Shown here: positions 31,691-42,159 of the stretch, in pieces | How positions within the stretch are numbered: position 1 is the first letter of the stretch | Layout: each line of letters opens with the position of its first letter | Assembly (NCBI GenBank): GCA_041572275.1 | Contig: JBFFSQ010000002.1 | Location: 1,983-65,982 of the forward strand | DNA from: Gammaproteobacteria bacterium | Lineage (GTDB): Bacteria > Pseudomonadota > Gammaproteobacteria > SZUA-229 | Length of the DNA: 64,000 nt | Reading direction: 5' to 3' | Notes under the pieces: model-generated | Seen by the model: the letters and a program-made list of their open reading frames with translations, nothing else | What the model was told of the DNA's origin: nothing | The model's database searches: none | Position numbers and translations under genes: made by a program

Positions 31691-32230
31691 TTATAAGGCA
31701 ATATCTTTTTTTATAGATAAGAAATAATCTTTATAATTAAAATCGAGCCAGATAATTTCATTTGAAAAGTACGACTGACTAACAAAGCCACTTAATGTAC
31801 CTGGCAAATCATTTAGATCTGAACTTTTTTCCCACTCACTTACATTAAAGGACTGCGGCAATTTGCTGACCAGTACGCCAATTGCATCCACACCCTTATC
31901 TATGATCAGTAATTTGTTATAGCGCCTGATGTCACTGTCAAAACCAAGCAGCCCTGACATATCATATACAGGCACAAGATTACCGCGTACATTTACCCAC
32001 CCTCTCATCCATGTTGATGTGTTTGGAATTGCAAACAACTTAAAGTCAACCACAACCTCACACACAATATTTTCCTGAATAAGAAAACCAACATCCTCGA
32101 TAATAAACCCATAGCGACGCATTCGTTTCTTAACCCTGGATGCAACATCCAGATTCAAGTACGTAACATCAGCACCTTGAAAACGGGTCAATGCATCTTC
32201 AGGCAGCATCAAGTCATTATCTATTTTCAT
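31691..32230 (-). CDS. CheW (PilI-like) coupling protein
   Basis: WVNVRGNLVPVYDMSGLLG matches the CheW G-x-x-N-x-RG-x-x-PV-x-Dl core. Confidence 0.8.
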   Translation of the reverse strand: MKIDNDLMLPEDALTRFQGADVTYLNLDVASRVKKRMRRYGFIIEDVGFLIQENIVCEVVVDFKLFAIPNTSTWMRGWVNVRGNLVPVYDMSGLLGFDSDIRRYNKLLIIDKGVDAIGVLVSKLPQSFNVSEWEKSSDLNDLPGTLSGFVSQSYFSNEIIWLDFNYKDYFLSIKKDIAL

Positions 32231-32267
32231 TCAGGGCGCCTTCATGAATTGATAAATGTTTAATTCT

Positions 32268-32648
32268 TCAGTTTAATTCAGTTATCTGATCAAGAATCTG
32301 CTCTGGTGTGTAAGGTTTTGTAATAAATGCCTTACCACCTTGCAACTCTGCCCAGACCCTGTCAGCTTTCTGATTCTTGCTGGTTACAAAAACAACGGGG
32401 ATATCACGAGTATTACCGTTTTGGGTAATTTCACGACAGGCGTCATAACCATCTGCACCTTCCATGACAATATCCATAAAAATAAGATCTGGCATTTCTT
32501 TTTTAGCCATCTCAACCGCTTCATTGCCTGTCGTAGCCGTTACAACAGAATACCCAGCATCTGTGACAATACTTCGAATATTGGCAAGATCTGTTGGTGA
32601 ATCATCAACTAATAATACTTTATTAATCGCCATTACATTTTTCCTCAT
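32268..32648 (-). CDS. CheY-like single-domain response regulator (PilH/PilG-like)
   Basis: VLLVDDSPTD, DLIFMDIVMEGADG, FITKPY; 126 aa. Confidence 0.88.
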   Translation of the reverse strand: MRKNVMAINKVLLVDDSPTDLANIRSIVTDAGYSVVTATTGNEAVEMAKKEMPDLIFMDIVMEGADGYDACREITQNGNTRDIPVVFVTSKNQKADRVWAELQGGKAFITKPYTPEQILDQITELN

Positions 32649-32751
32649 AATGTATCTTGACTGAATTAAAAATAAACATCCTATAAAAACTCTGTTTTAA
32701 ACCATTAATTATTTTCCTTACTAGAAAAGCAATTAATGGTCATTTTTATTA

Positions 32752-33594
32752 TTATATATTCACTCGTGGGACATATTTACGTGTGATATTTTTGAACTCT
32801 TCAGTTTGTAAAGGTTTTGTAAGATAGGTATCGCAACCTGATAACGAGCCTTTAACTTTGTCAAATGGAGACGACTTACCTGTCAACATTACGACCGGCG
32901 TATTCTTAGATCTGATATCCTTTTTCAAAAACTTACATACTTTATAGCCATCAATCCCAGGCATCACCACATCAAGAAAAATGATGTCATAATCATCATT
33001 TCTTGATAATTCGATTGCTCTTTCACCATTCTCAGCAAGTTCTACTTGCGCACCTAGCATCTTCAATTGAATTTCAAGCTGTTTTCGTACCGGCGGGCTA
33101 TCATCGACGACCATAGCTTTAAAACTATAATTGCCATTACTTTTTCTATTGGCTAGCTCTTCCAGGATTTCCTGAGACACATCGCTGTCTATATCATTCC
33201 TATCAGCACCGATAGTTAACTCCGGAATAAAATCCATTTCCTTGACCGTTATTTCATCGAAAACACTGAGAACTTGTGTTGCTCTAAATGGCAGGGCCAG
33301 GTTATATATTTTGTCTCCCTTAACTTTTCTATGACCTGCAAAAACTGTTGGTACTTTTGGTGTTTTATCTGCATTCATAAAATTTCTGCACCAATGAGCA
33401 ATAGCATCATCATTGTCAGAATTTACGATATAGAGTTTATTCTTCTCAGGTTCAGAGCTTTCAGAAAACACATATTGTCGAATCGAACCGGTCGATACTC
33501 TCAGTACACGCTCCAGAAGTAATTTATCTTGTTTGACAAGACCAATCGGATAAACTTTAAATTCTTGAGTCTGGCTCATTACATCACCTTCCAC
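32752..33594 (-). CDS. Response regulator with ~150-aa N-terminal extension and C-terminal REC (PatA/PixG-type architecture?)
   Basis: C-terminal REC (AMVVDDSPPVRK...FLDVVMPGIDG...YLTKP); N-terminal domain unassigned; first gene of the chemosensory operon. Confidence 0.75.
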   Translation of the reverse strand: MEGDVMSQTQEFKVYPIGLVKQDKLLLERVLRVSTGSIRQYVFSESSEPEKNKLYIVNSDNDDAIAHWCRNFMNADKTPKVPTVFAGHRKVKGDKIYNLALPFRATQVLSVFDEITVKEMDFIPELTIGADRNDIDSDVSQEILEELANRKSNGNYSFKAMVVDDSPPVRKQLEIQLKMLGAQVELAENGERAIELSRNDDYDIIFLDVVMPGIDGYKVCKFLKKDIRSKNTPVVMLTGKSSPFDKVKGSLSGCDTYLTKPLQTEEFKNITRKYVPRVNI

Positions 33595-34280
33595 ACTACA
33601 TGCTCAGCAACCCTCATGACTAGGTAAGGGCGCTCAATTGCCGACTCTTAACTAATCGCTAAAAATCTAACAAGGACAATAGCTGCTAATGCTGAATACC
33701 TATATGGGAAAATTTCCCGTATTAGCATAATGAGAAACTTCCCCATGACCACAGATAGCAGTCATAATGGGTTGACAACTGTTCATTTCGTTGTCTTTAG
33801 AAAGCGCATTTACTTCATAACTGATTCATCCATATATCTAGTATTGGCGCATATCCGATACATAACATATATAGATACATCAAAAAATCTTATGGCAATG
33901 TTATTTTAGCTATTATAAATAGTAAAAATAGCACCACCACCAATAGTTATTTCATTAAATACCGACCTTTAATTATTTAATAATTTACTAAACAAGGATT
34001 TACCTCCCCATTAATACGGAAAAGTGCTTTATCTTATACCGATCAATGAAATATCATATAAATACTGAAAATATTGCTTTTACATTATCTATTTAGTAAA
34101 AAATCTCTACCATATTAACAAAACACTATTTTCTAATATTTTTATCAACATTAATTATGTCAGCAATAATTCCAGCACTATCAGACTAAATGCTTACTAT
34201 TTAGCAACTGTGAGGGGCATAAAGTAGATAAAAACCCCAGGAAGTGACTTAATATTTGTACCTCAAGGATCACCCTAAAC

Positions 34281-36971
34281 ATGTCCGTTAACGGCCTCAA
34301 GCAATCTCAAATACAGTCACAACATATTCGCCAGCTTATTGATCTGAACCGTGACCCAACATTTGTTATTGACCCAGACAGTTCTGTGATTCTGGATGCC
34401 AATACCCGTGCCTGTCAGTCTCTTGGCTATAGCCATGAAGAAATGCTAGTACTATCCGTAACCGACATATCCGTAAGTCTGATTTCACATGATGACTGGC
34501 TAAGACGCTCAGACCACATTAAAGCCTCAGTTAATGGACTCACCTTTGAGTCTCGCCACAGAAAAAAAGATCAAACGAGTTTTCCAGTAGAGATTAGCGC
34601 CGTATTTCATGCTGACACAACCTATAACACTGACGGTATTATCATTGCCAGCGTTCGAGACATCACCGCCCGAACGCAAGCAACCGAGTCTCTGAATAAT
34701 TACAGTGAATTACTCCGTCTTACGGGGCGCATAGCACATGTCGGTGGTTGGGAGTTAAAAGCATCCACGCTTGAATTCCACTGGACAGATGAAACTTTCC
34801 ATATATGCGAAATGGATACAGATTACTCACCAACGCTAGAGGATGCGCTTCAACTTGTACACCCAGATGACCAGAGCATTGTAAAAAATGCCATGAATAA
34901 GGCACTGGAATCAGGCCAGGCTTATGATCTTCAGTATCGTTTGATCACAGCAAAAGGCAACATACGATGGATTAGAGGCATTTGCGACCCTGAAATTGTA
35001 GATGGTGAAATCGTCTGGCTACGTGGGACTATTCAGGACATCACCGAAGCTAAAAACAATGAAGATGCAATAACCAAGTCTGCTCTCGAATGGACACATG
35101 CCCTGGATTTTTTTGAAGATGCAATTTATATCATTGGCCTGGATGATAAAGTCAAACGAGTTAATCAAGCTTTCTATAACATGACTGGCCTATCACCTGA
35201 TCAGGTAATAGGCCAGGATATCACTTCGATTATTCACCCCCATGGCGAGAAAATACCATGTCCGGTCTGCCTGGCTCGACTGGAACGTCGTGATGAGTTT
35301 ATAACCATGGAGGCGGACCACCCCGACAATCCAACCAATAATCCCATTGAAATCATGGTACGTATTATTCGTAATGAAGCGGGTGACCCACTCAGCGTGC
35401 TTATGGGCATCCACGATCTTAGCCGTACCCGTGCCATAGAAAAATCCATTATGCAGAATGAGCTTAGATACCGAACTATTTTTGAAGGCGCCCCTGAAGG
35501 TATCTGGATGATTGATCCGGACCGAAAAACTCTCGAAATCAATAGCCATTTAACGGATATGCTGGGTTACAGCGAGAAAGAAATGATCGGGACTCGTCCA
35601 ATTGATTATGTAGATGATGAAAACAAGCAGATTTTCCTGCAACAAATGTCCAAGATACCAGCCACGACAACAAGGAATTATGAAATCGAGCTACGCCATA
35701 AAGATGGACACAACATCCCTACCCACTTTAGTGCAGTCTCTCTGTTCAATCCTGACAAATCAGTCATGGCAGCCATTGCCTTTGTCACTGACCTGAGCAC
35801 ACAAAAACAGACTGAACAGGCGTTAAGGCGCAGCCAGAAAATGGATGCCATTGGTCAGATCACTGGTGGCATTGCTCATGACTTCAACAATCTTTTAAGC
35901 ATTATCATCGGTCATCTGGGGCTCCTCGAAGAAGAACTAAAGAGCAATGCCGCTTCCAGCAAACGTTTAAAAACAATCAACAAAGCCACTAAACGTGCAA
36001 CTGACTTAACACGTCAATTACTTGGCTTCTCACGCAGCCAGGCTCAAAACATTGAAGTCACCAATGTTAACAATATCATCCAGGCGATGGACAGTTTGAT
36101 CGCGCGTTCAGTTACACCTGAAGTAGAAGTTAAACTTAAACTTGCCAGCAATATCTGGCCCACAGAAATCAACAAGGGTGATTTTGAAGACAGCTTGTTG
36201 AATCTGGTCATCAATGCACGCGATGCCATGCCAGATGGAGGCAAACTACGGATAGAAACCTCCAATCAGTTTGTTGACGAGATTACGGCTAACAAAAAAC
36301 AATTATTAGCCTCAGGTGATTACGTGCACATTAGTGTCTGTGACACCGGCACCGGTATTTCTGATGAGCATCTGGATAAAATTTTTGAACCTTTTTTCAC
36401 TACTAAACCTATTGATAAAGGCACCGGGCTGGGCCTAAGCATGGTCTTCGGATTTATTAAGCGCTCCCATGGCTACATCAATGCTCATTCCCAAATCGGA
36501 TCCGGCAGCTGCTTTGAACTTTATTTACCTCGCAAAACAATGGTGAGGCACACTGCAGAACAACTGACCCCCACCTATACACAAATTCCAGGTGGTAACG
36601 AAAAAGTACTGATCGTCGAAGACGAGACCAGTTTGCTTGAATTAGCCAAAGAAAATCTGACTGATCTTGGCTATAGCGTTTTAACCGCATCCAATGGACC
36701 TGAAGCACTAAAAATTCTGGATGAAAACAACGATATAGACCTTCTGTTCACAGACATTATTATGCCCGGCAACATCAATGGCTACGAACTGGCTGAGAAA
36801 GCCAGTACACTCTATCCCAATATTAAAATACTATTAACCTCAGGCTTTACAGGTAAAGTGGCATCGAAATTTAAAACCAAAAACTTCTTTACCAACATGT
36901 TAAACAAGCCTTACAACAGATCTAGCCTGGCTCAGATGCTAAGAAAGACTCTGGATCAACAACTGTATTAA
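34281..36971 (+). CDS. Multi-PAS hybrid sensor histidine kinase (4-5 PAS, HisKA, HATPase_c, C-terminal REC), cytoplasmic
   Basis: H-box [12 protein letters not shown], HATPase ([15 protein letters not shown]), REC (VLIVEDETS...[11 protein letters not shown]); no TM segments. Confidence 0.88.
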   Translation: MSVNGLKQSQIQSQHIRQLIDLNRDPTFVIDPDSSVILDANTRACQSLGYSHEEMLVLSVTDISVSLISHDDWLRRSDHIKASVNGLTFESRHRKKDQTSFPVEISAVFHADTTYNTDGIIIASVRDITARTQATESLNNYSELLRLTGRIAHVGGWELKASTLEFHWTDETFHICEMDTDYSPTLEDALQLVHPDDQSIVKNAMNKALESGQAYDLQYRLITAKGNIRWIRGICDPEIVDGEIVWLRGTIQDITEAKNNEDAITKSALEWTHALDFFEDAIYIIGLDDKVKRVNQAFYNMTGLSPDQVIGQDITSIIHPHGEKIPCPVCLARLERRDEFITMEADHPDNPTNNPIEIMVRIIRNEAGDPLSVLMGIHDLSRTRAIEKSIMQNELRYRTIFEGAPEGIWMIDPDRKTLEINSHLTDMLGYSEKEMIGTRPIDYVDDENKQIFLQQMSKIPATTTRNYEIELRHKDGHNIPTHFSAVSLFNPDKSVMAAIAFVTDLSTQKQTEQALRRSQKMDAIGQITGGIAHDFNNLLSIIIGHLGLLEEELKSNAASSKRLKTINKATKRATDLTRQLLGFSRSQAQNIEVTNVNNIIQAMDSLIARSVTPEVEVKLKLASNIWPTEINKGDFEDSLLNLVINARDAMPDGGKLRIETSNQFVDEITANKKQLLASGDYVHISVCDTGTGISDEHLDKIFEPFFTTKPIDKGTGLGLSMVFGFIKRSHGYINAHSQIGSGSCFELYLPRKTMVRHTAEQLTPTYTQIPGGNEKVLIVEDETSLLELAKENLTDLGYSVLTASNGPEALKILDENNDIDLLFTDIIMPGNINGYELAEKASTLYPNIKILLTSGFTGKVASKFKTKNFFTNMLNKPYNRSSLAQMLRKTLDQQLY

Positions 36972-37235
36972 ATAAGAATACTCTATCAAATCCTCTCTTA
37001 CTTGCTACAGCCTCACCTTTTTAGGGGAGACCACATGATCTTACATCACCCGTTCAGGTGATGTCGCCTCGTATAAAACAGCTCTCTAAGCATTCAAGCA
37101 ACACTATCTATTCTACTCGCTAAAAAAACTTTTCTAAACAACACCTTAAACCTTTATATTTATAATTGAAAAGTAGTTAAATGTAGATAATCAGTAAATT
37201 TATACTATACTCATTAAGTGCTGTAGAGAAAGTAT

Positions 37236-38306
37236 ATGGACGATAGATTAGCTCATAATATTAATGCAATAATAATCGCAACATTGATGTTGCTACACAG
37301 TCAAACTGTTAGTGCTGAAATTAACATCAGCGGTTATGCATCTGTTGTTGCAGGTAAAGTATTAACCGGTAATCAATTCCTTGCTGACTACCCGAAAGCC
37401 GGGGTCTATGATACCGACTGGTCATTTTCACCCGATACCTCCGTTGGCATCCAGTTATCAGCTGACGTTAATCAACAGATATCATTCATTACACAACTCA
37501 CCAGTAATGGCGCGACTGATTTTGAGGCCGAAGCTGACTGGGCTTACCTGAACTACCAGATTTCTGCTGAATATTCTGTTCAATTCGGTCGTAAACGTCT
37601 ACCTCTGTATTACTATTCTGATTTTTTTGATCTCGGCTATGCCTATTACTGGATCCGACCACCGTCCGATAACTACACCTGGCAAATTTCAAACTACAAC
37701 GGCGTCAGTCTACTCTACGAAACACAGCTAGCCGAATGGGATAGTAGCTTTAATATTTATGTTGGCCGTGAAGACTCAGAGAATAATGAACTTCTCAGTC
37801 TACTGTTCGCCGCACCTACTGATGAAACCTGGAAAAACATGCTGGGATTTGTCGGCGAATTCAGTAAACATCAATATGAGCTACGCATGACTTACCTTGT
37901 CGCACAGCTCGACCGCAATATTAATGACATTCAAGTGGCAAACGAAACCAGACAGCAATTTGCTGGACTGTCATTAAATTTTTATGGTGAACAGCTGGTT
38001 ATCCTCTCAGAGTTCAATCGCTATAAACGTAGTGCTGATGAGATATCGGTACGCACCAGCATGTTATCTGCCGGTTATCACATTAATGATTTTACACCTC
38101 ATATCACCCGCTCAACTTTCAAACAATCAGTCAATGCAGCCGGTGGTGATGAAAACCACACCACTAACAGCATTGGCCTACGCTGGGACATAGAAAAAAA
38201 TACTGCTCTGAAGATACAGTACGACAAGGTCGAAGATAAGGGTATCAACATCCCCATCCTCGGTGACTCAAGTGCCATTTCTATTGGCATGGATATAGTG
38301 TTTTGA
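37236..38306 (+). CDS. Outer-membrane beta-barrel (porin-like) protein
   Basis: Signal peptide ending VSA; alternating amphipathic strands; C-terminal ...IGMDIVF with terminal Phe typical of OMPs. Confidence 0.55.
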   Translation: MDDRLAHNINAIIIATLMLLHSQTVSAEINISGYASVVAGKVLTGNQFLADYPKAGVYDTDWSFSPDTSVGIQLSADVNQQISFITQLTSNGATDFEAEADWAYLNYQISAEYSVQFGRKRLPLYYYSDFFDLGYAYYWIRPPSDNYTWQISNYNGVSLLYETQLAEWDSSFNIYVGREDSENNELLSLLFAAPTDETWKNMLGFVGEFSKHQYELRMTYLVAQLDRNINDIQVANETRQQFAGLSLNFYGEQLVILSEFNRYKRSADEISVRTSMLSAGYHINDFTPHITRSTFKQSVNAAGGDENHTTNSIGLRWDIEKNTALKIQYDKVEDKGINIPILGDSSAISIGMDIVF

Positions 38307-38316
38307 GATTACCAGC

Positions 38317-38802
38317 ATGAACACTTATTCCGCCAACAGCCTTCGTATCACCTTCACAAGCAGAGGCTATTTTATATCCACACTGTTCTTCTGTTTACTA
38401 TGTTTGCTCATAGTAAACACGGCATTGGCCTCTGACAATAATGTAGTGCTAGTCTGCTCGAATAATTCGAACCTGAGCAACCTGAATATGACCGATATCC
38501 GGCGTATCTATTTAGGTTTAAATCCGATAAAAATCAAAACCAGTGTTAATCCTGTTCTTAATCTGTCAAATAAGGAAATATATGAGGATTTTCTAAAGAA
38601 CATCATGCACATGACAGAAGACAGCTATAAACGTAAAATGATTAAACGGGTATTCAGACGTGGAACCACTCAAATCACAGAAGTGAACAGTATAAAAGAA
38701 TTAGTCACGCATCTAAAAAACAACCCGAACGATATTAGTTTCCTGTCTGAAAAAACAGCTGGGGAAACCAATGGAATAAAAGTGATTCAACGACTATGGT
38801 AA
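38317..38802 (+). CDS. Short periplasmic binding-protein-like (PBP_like_2 / PstS-PhnD-type half-domain) protein
   Basis: Signal/TM anchor; LVTHLKNNPNDISFLSEKTAGETNGIKV resembles the conserved PBP C-terminal segment; overlaps downstream GGDEF-EAL start by 7 nt. Confidence 0.45.
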   Translation: MNTYSANSLRITFTSRGYFISTLFFCLLCLLIVNTALASDNNVVLVCSNNSNLSNLNMTDIRRIYLGLNPIKIKTSVNPVLNLSNKEIYEDFLKNIMHMTEDSYKRKMIKRVFRRGTTQITEVNSIKELVTHLKNNPNDISFLSEKTAGETNGIKVIQRLW

Positions 38803-40823
38803 AACGATGGAATAAAAGGATACTATTCAGCCTCACCGGCTATGTTATTGCCGGTGTCATCATTTCTCATCTTGTCCTCACCCCACTACTATACCAGACC
38901 ATTTTAAACACCTATAAACACAATACCGATGAACAGTTCATTAGTCATATTCGGGAAGTTACAGGTCTACTTGGTGATGTACTTACCACTAATCATCAAC
39001 AACAGGACTATGAAGGTATAGTTGATGTACTCAACTCTGCAGTACTGGGCGGGAAAATTCTATATATCGATGTTATTACATCAGATGGCAATATAATTTC
39101 GCCCTCTGATAGCATGTCAATAACTCCTGAGAGCTTTACTGAAGACCAGATGGTCAATCAGCATGGTGATGACATTTATTATTTAGCCATACCCTTGCAC
39201 TTTACTGACACCAGCGGCAACCCCGGCCGCCTGCGCGTAGGTTTTGACGAATCCGCAGTCACCGAAGAATATCTTTCCTTAAAACAAACAACCATCTACA
39301 TTCTAATCACTTATTTTGCAGCCGTTATCCTGTTGATGTCAGCGATTACACATTACATCCACAAACCACTGCGCATTCTACAAAACAGATCGAAAGAAAT
39401 CGCTGGAGGAGACACTGATATTCCACTACAACTTGCATCCAAGATCAGTGATATTCAATTTCTGGCTAATGACCTGGAAACCATGCGCAATGCTTTAGTC
39501 TCACTCGCTGAACGTATGCACGATAAAGCAACCCATGACGATCTCACTGGTCTGCCCAATCGCTATCTTTACACAGATCATTTGGAGATGGCCATTGCCC
39601 TGGCCTCACGTGAAAATCGTTCATTCGCAGTTTTATTATTAGATTTAAACCGTTTTAAGGAAATCAATGACACGCTAGGCCATGGTATTGGTGACGATGT
39701 CCTGAAAATAACAGCGGGACGTATGCAGTCAGGTATGCGTGATTCGGATACGCTGGCCCGAATTGGTGGTGATGAATTTTGTATTATACTAAACGGCGTT
39801 GGTCAGATATTAGCCGAAACCATTGCCAATAAAATTATTCGTTTAATTGAGCCTATTATGGATATTAAAGGGCATGCGCTAAAAATCAGTGCCAGTGTTG
39901 GTATTTCCATATTTCCGGATGATGGGGACAATTCTGAAATCCTGATGCAACGTGCAGATGTTGCCATGTACAACGCCAAGCACAACAACCTGCATGTTGC
40001 CTCTTATCACAATGATATGGACAGCGATAATATCGAAAAGCTAATGATGGCTAACGACCTGAAAAGTAATATTAGCCTGGGCTATTTCGAAGGTCTCTTT
40101 CAACCAAAAATCGATCTGAAAACAGGTCATGCGTGTGGTTGCGAATTATTACTCCGCTGGCAACACCCCCAACTAGGCATGATACTGCCCGATAAATTTA
40201 TTCCCCTGGCTGAACGCGAGAACGTGATTGGAGAACTGACCCGTTGGGTGATTGGCCATTACCTGATACAATTGGTACCCATCATCAAAAAACATCATGA
40301 CTTTCATCTCTCGATTAATATTTCACCGGTTGATTTGATCGATTCAAAATTATTGTCTGCCATTAATGAAATCATTGAGAAGAGCGGTTTTCCTGCCGAT
40401 AAACTCTATGTAGAGGTCACAGAAAACGCCATTATGAAAAACCCGGCACGGTCAGCCTCGGTTCTTAACGAGTTCAATGATTCTGGTATACAGATCGCGA
40501 TTGATGACTTCGGCACAGGTTATTCATCTTTAGCCTATTTACAAAAATTCCCCATTACAGAACTTAAGATTGATAAATCATTTATCACCTACCTGACCGA
40601 AAACTCAAATAACTTCCCAATAGTAAATGCCACCATCACCATGGCACACGACCTGGGTATTACCGTTGTTGCAGAAGGAGTTGAAAGCAAAGAAGTGCTC
40701 GATTTGTTAGCCCAGATTGGCTGCGACCAGGCTCAGGGCTATTACTTCAGTAAACCGATAGATATACAACAACTTTCCAGTTGGCTGGATCAACATGCAG
40801 AAAATAGCCTGTTACAGGAATAG
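38796..40823 (+). CDS. Membrane-bound GGDEF-EAL (diguanylate cyclase/phosphodiesterase) protein with periplasmic sensor domain and HAMP
   Basis: 2 TM flanking a ~140-aa periplasmic region; RIGGDEF intact; EAL domain with ELL variant plus EVTEN and other catalytic motifs. Confidence 0.9.
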   Translation: MVKRWNKRILFSLTGYVIAGVIISHLVLTPLLYQTILNTYKHNTDEQFISHIREVTGLLGDVLTTNHQQQDYEGIVDVLNSAVLGGKILYIDVITSDGNIISPSDSMSITPESFTEDQMVNQHGDDIYYLAIPLHFTDTSGNPGRLRVGFDESAVTEEYLSLKQTTIYILITYFAAVILLMSAITHYIHKPLRILQNRSKEIAGGDTDIPLQLASKISDIQFLANDLETMRNALVSLAERMHDKATHDDLTGLPNRYLYTDHLEMAIALASRENRSFAVLLLDLNRFKEINDTLGHGIGDDVLKITAGRMQSGMRDSDTLARIGGDEFCIILNGVGQILAETIANKIIRLIEPIMDIKGHALKISASVGISIFPDDGDNSEILMQRADVAMYNAKHNNLHVASYHNDMDSDNIEKLMMANDLKSNISLGYFEGLFQPKIDLKTGHACGCELLLRWQHPQLGMILPDKFIPLAERENVIGELTRWVIGHYLIQLVPIIKKHHDFHLSINISPVDLIDSKLLSAINEIIEKSGFPADKLYVEVTENAIMKNPARSASVLNEFNDSGIQIAIDDFGTGYSSLAYLQKFPITELKIDKSFITYLTENSNNFPIVNATITMAHDLGITVVAEGVESKEVLDLLAQIGCDQAQGYYFSKPIDIQQLSSWLDQHAENSLLQE

Positions 40824-40846
40824 ATAGCTAGTAAAAATAAAAAGAA

Positions 40847-41791
40847 TTAACGAATAATGTCTGTGCCTTCATCGTCATCATCATCGTCATCTTCATTACT
40901 GCTTGTGACTGTAACTTCTTCTGATACGACATAAACAAGATTATCATTTACACCAGCACGATCGAAATCTGTCTGACAGGTTAAAGCAACCGTGTAATTC
41001 CCTGCCTCAACAAATCCGACTTCATATTCATAATTTCCACTATCCGGATTAAAAATTACATTTGCCGAGGTAACATACAGCGCTGAATCCATATCCAAAC
41101 CATCCACATCAATATTGAAACCAGCAAACACATAAACCGCATTGTAGGTATCAGGATCGTTATCCGAACATGCAGGCAAGGTCAACCAGGTCTGTTCAAT
41201 CGAGCCAGAAATGACCCCGGATAAATCATCATCAATCAAGCGCAATGTCGGCCGTAATTCATATTTGCCACTGTTACCAGACTCGACAACAGATTTACGT
41301 AAATCAAAATCAATTGTTTTACGCGCATCCTGGTGCGAATCGACAGAAAAGGCTGTATTAATTTTCAAGCCCGATTCACTACCACTGGGAATAATTAACT
41401 CATGAACAGAGCCATCAGTGAACGTAATTGAAGCCGAGTCGACGTGTAACCGAATCCAGTCGTACTGTCCCGCCGGGAGTACAACATCATCCAGCAATGT
41501 CTCACTACGAGTGCCCTGTAAACTTAATAAATTGATGGTTCGGGTTTCTGCCTGATCAGGTGGTACAACGATAGTTTCACCATCGGCGGGTTGAATGGAA
41601 ATACCGGTAAAGGTCACCCAGACTTCGGTGGCATCATCTACAGCCGCATCAGTGATACTTAGCGTAAGCATACCGGCACCACCGCCTCTGCCTGCATCCA
41701 TACTGGTATCACCCGCACCACAACCCTGTAACATCATGATCATGAAGCTCAGAAGAATGGTTCTCACTTTGTTTGTATTATTATTATTCAT
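40847..41791 (-). CDS. DUF4382-like secreted lipoprotein with acidic C-terminal tail
   Basis: Lipobox LQGC; LTLSITDAAVD...EVWVTFTGISI pattern; ends EDDDDDDDEGTDIIR. Confidence 0.55.
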   Translation of the reverse strand: MNNNNTNKVRTILLSFMIMMLQGCGAGDTSMDAGRGGGAGMLTLSITDAAVDDATEVWVTFTGISIQPADGETIVVPPDQAETRTINLLSLQGTRSETLLDDVVLPAGQYDWIRLHVDSASITFTDGSVHELIIPSGSESGLKINTAFSVDSHQDARKTIDFDLRKSVVESGNSGKYELRPTLRLIDDDLSGVISGSIEQTWLTLPACSDNDPDTYNAVYVFAGFNIDVDGLDMDSALYVTSANVIFNPDSGNYEYEVGFVEAGNYTVALTCQTDFDRAGVNDNLVYVVSEEVTVTSSNEDDDDDDDEGTDIIR

Positions 41792-42159
41792 CTCATTATT
41801 TCCTTCATTTTCTACTATCCATGAACAACTTAATGATTAATTGTATTTAACATCTCACCACCTAACGATCATTGTTGTCGTCATGAGACTGTGCGGGGTC
41901 ATTTTGATACCACATTCGCGAGCAAACTTATTTATGTTATTTTGCTCACAAATATGACTTTATGGTTTAACCATACCACGATAGAAGTCAAGTTTTGTGA
42001 ACCACATCACAGAAATATTAATTATCTATAAAATCAGTCACTTATATTATATTCCAGATTGAAATCAATCACTCTATCCCATTGATTTTATAGATATTTT
42101 TTAGTCGCACATAAGCATAATCAATATCTGTATAAACCGAACCATTTGTACCGAAAACA

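Noticed and set aside
33595-34280. 686-bp AT-rich divergent intergenic region between the chemosensory operon and the hybrid kinase
   Set aside because: Scanned for tRNA, riboswitch-like or repeat structure and found none; probably just two divergent promoters
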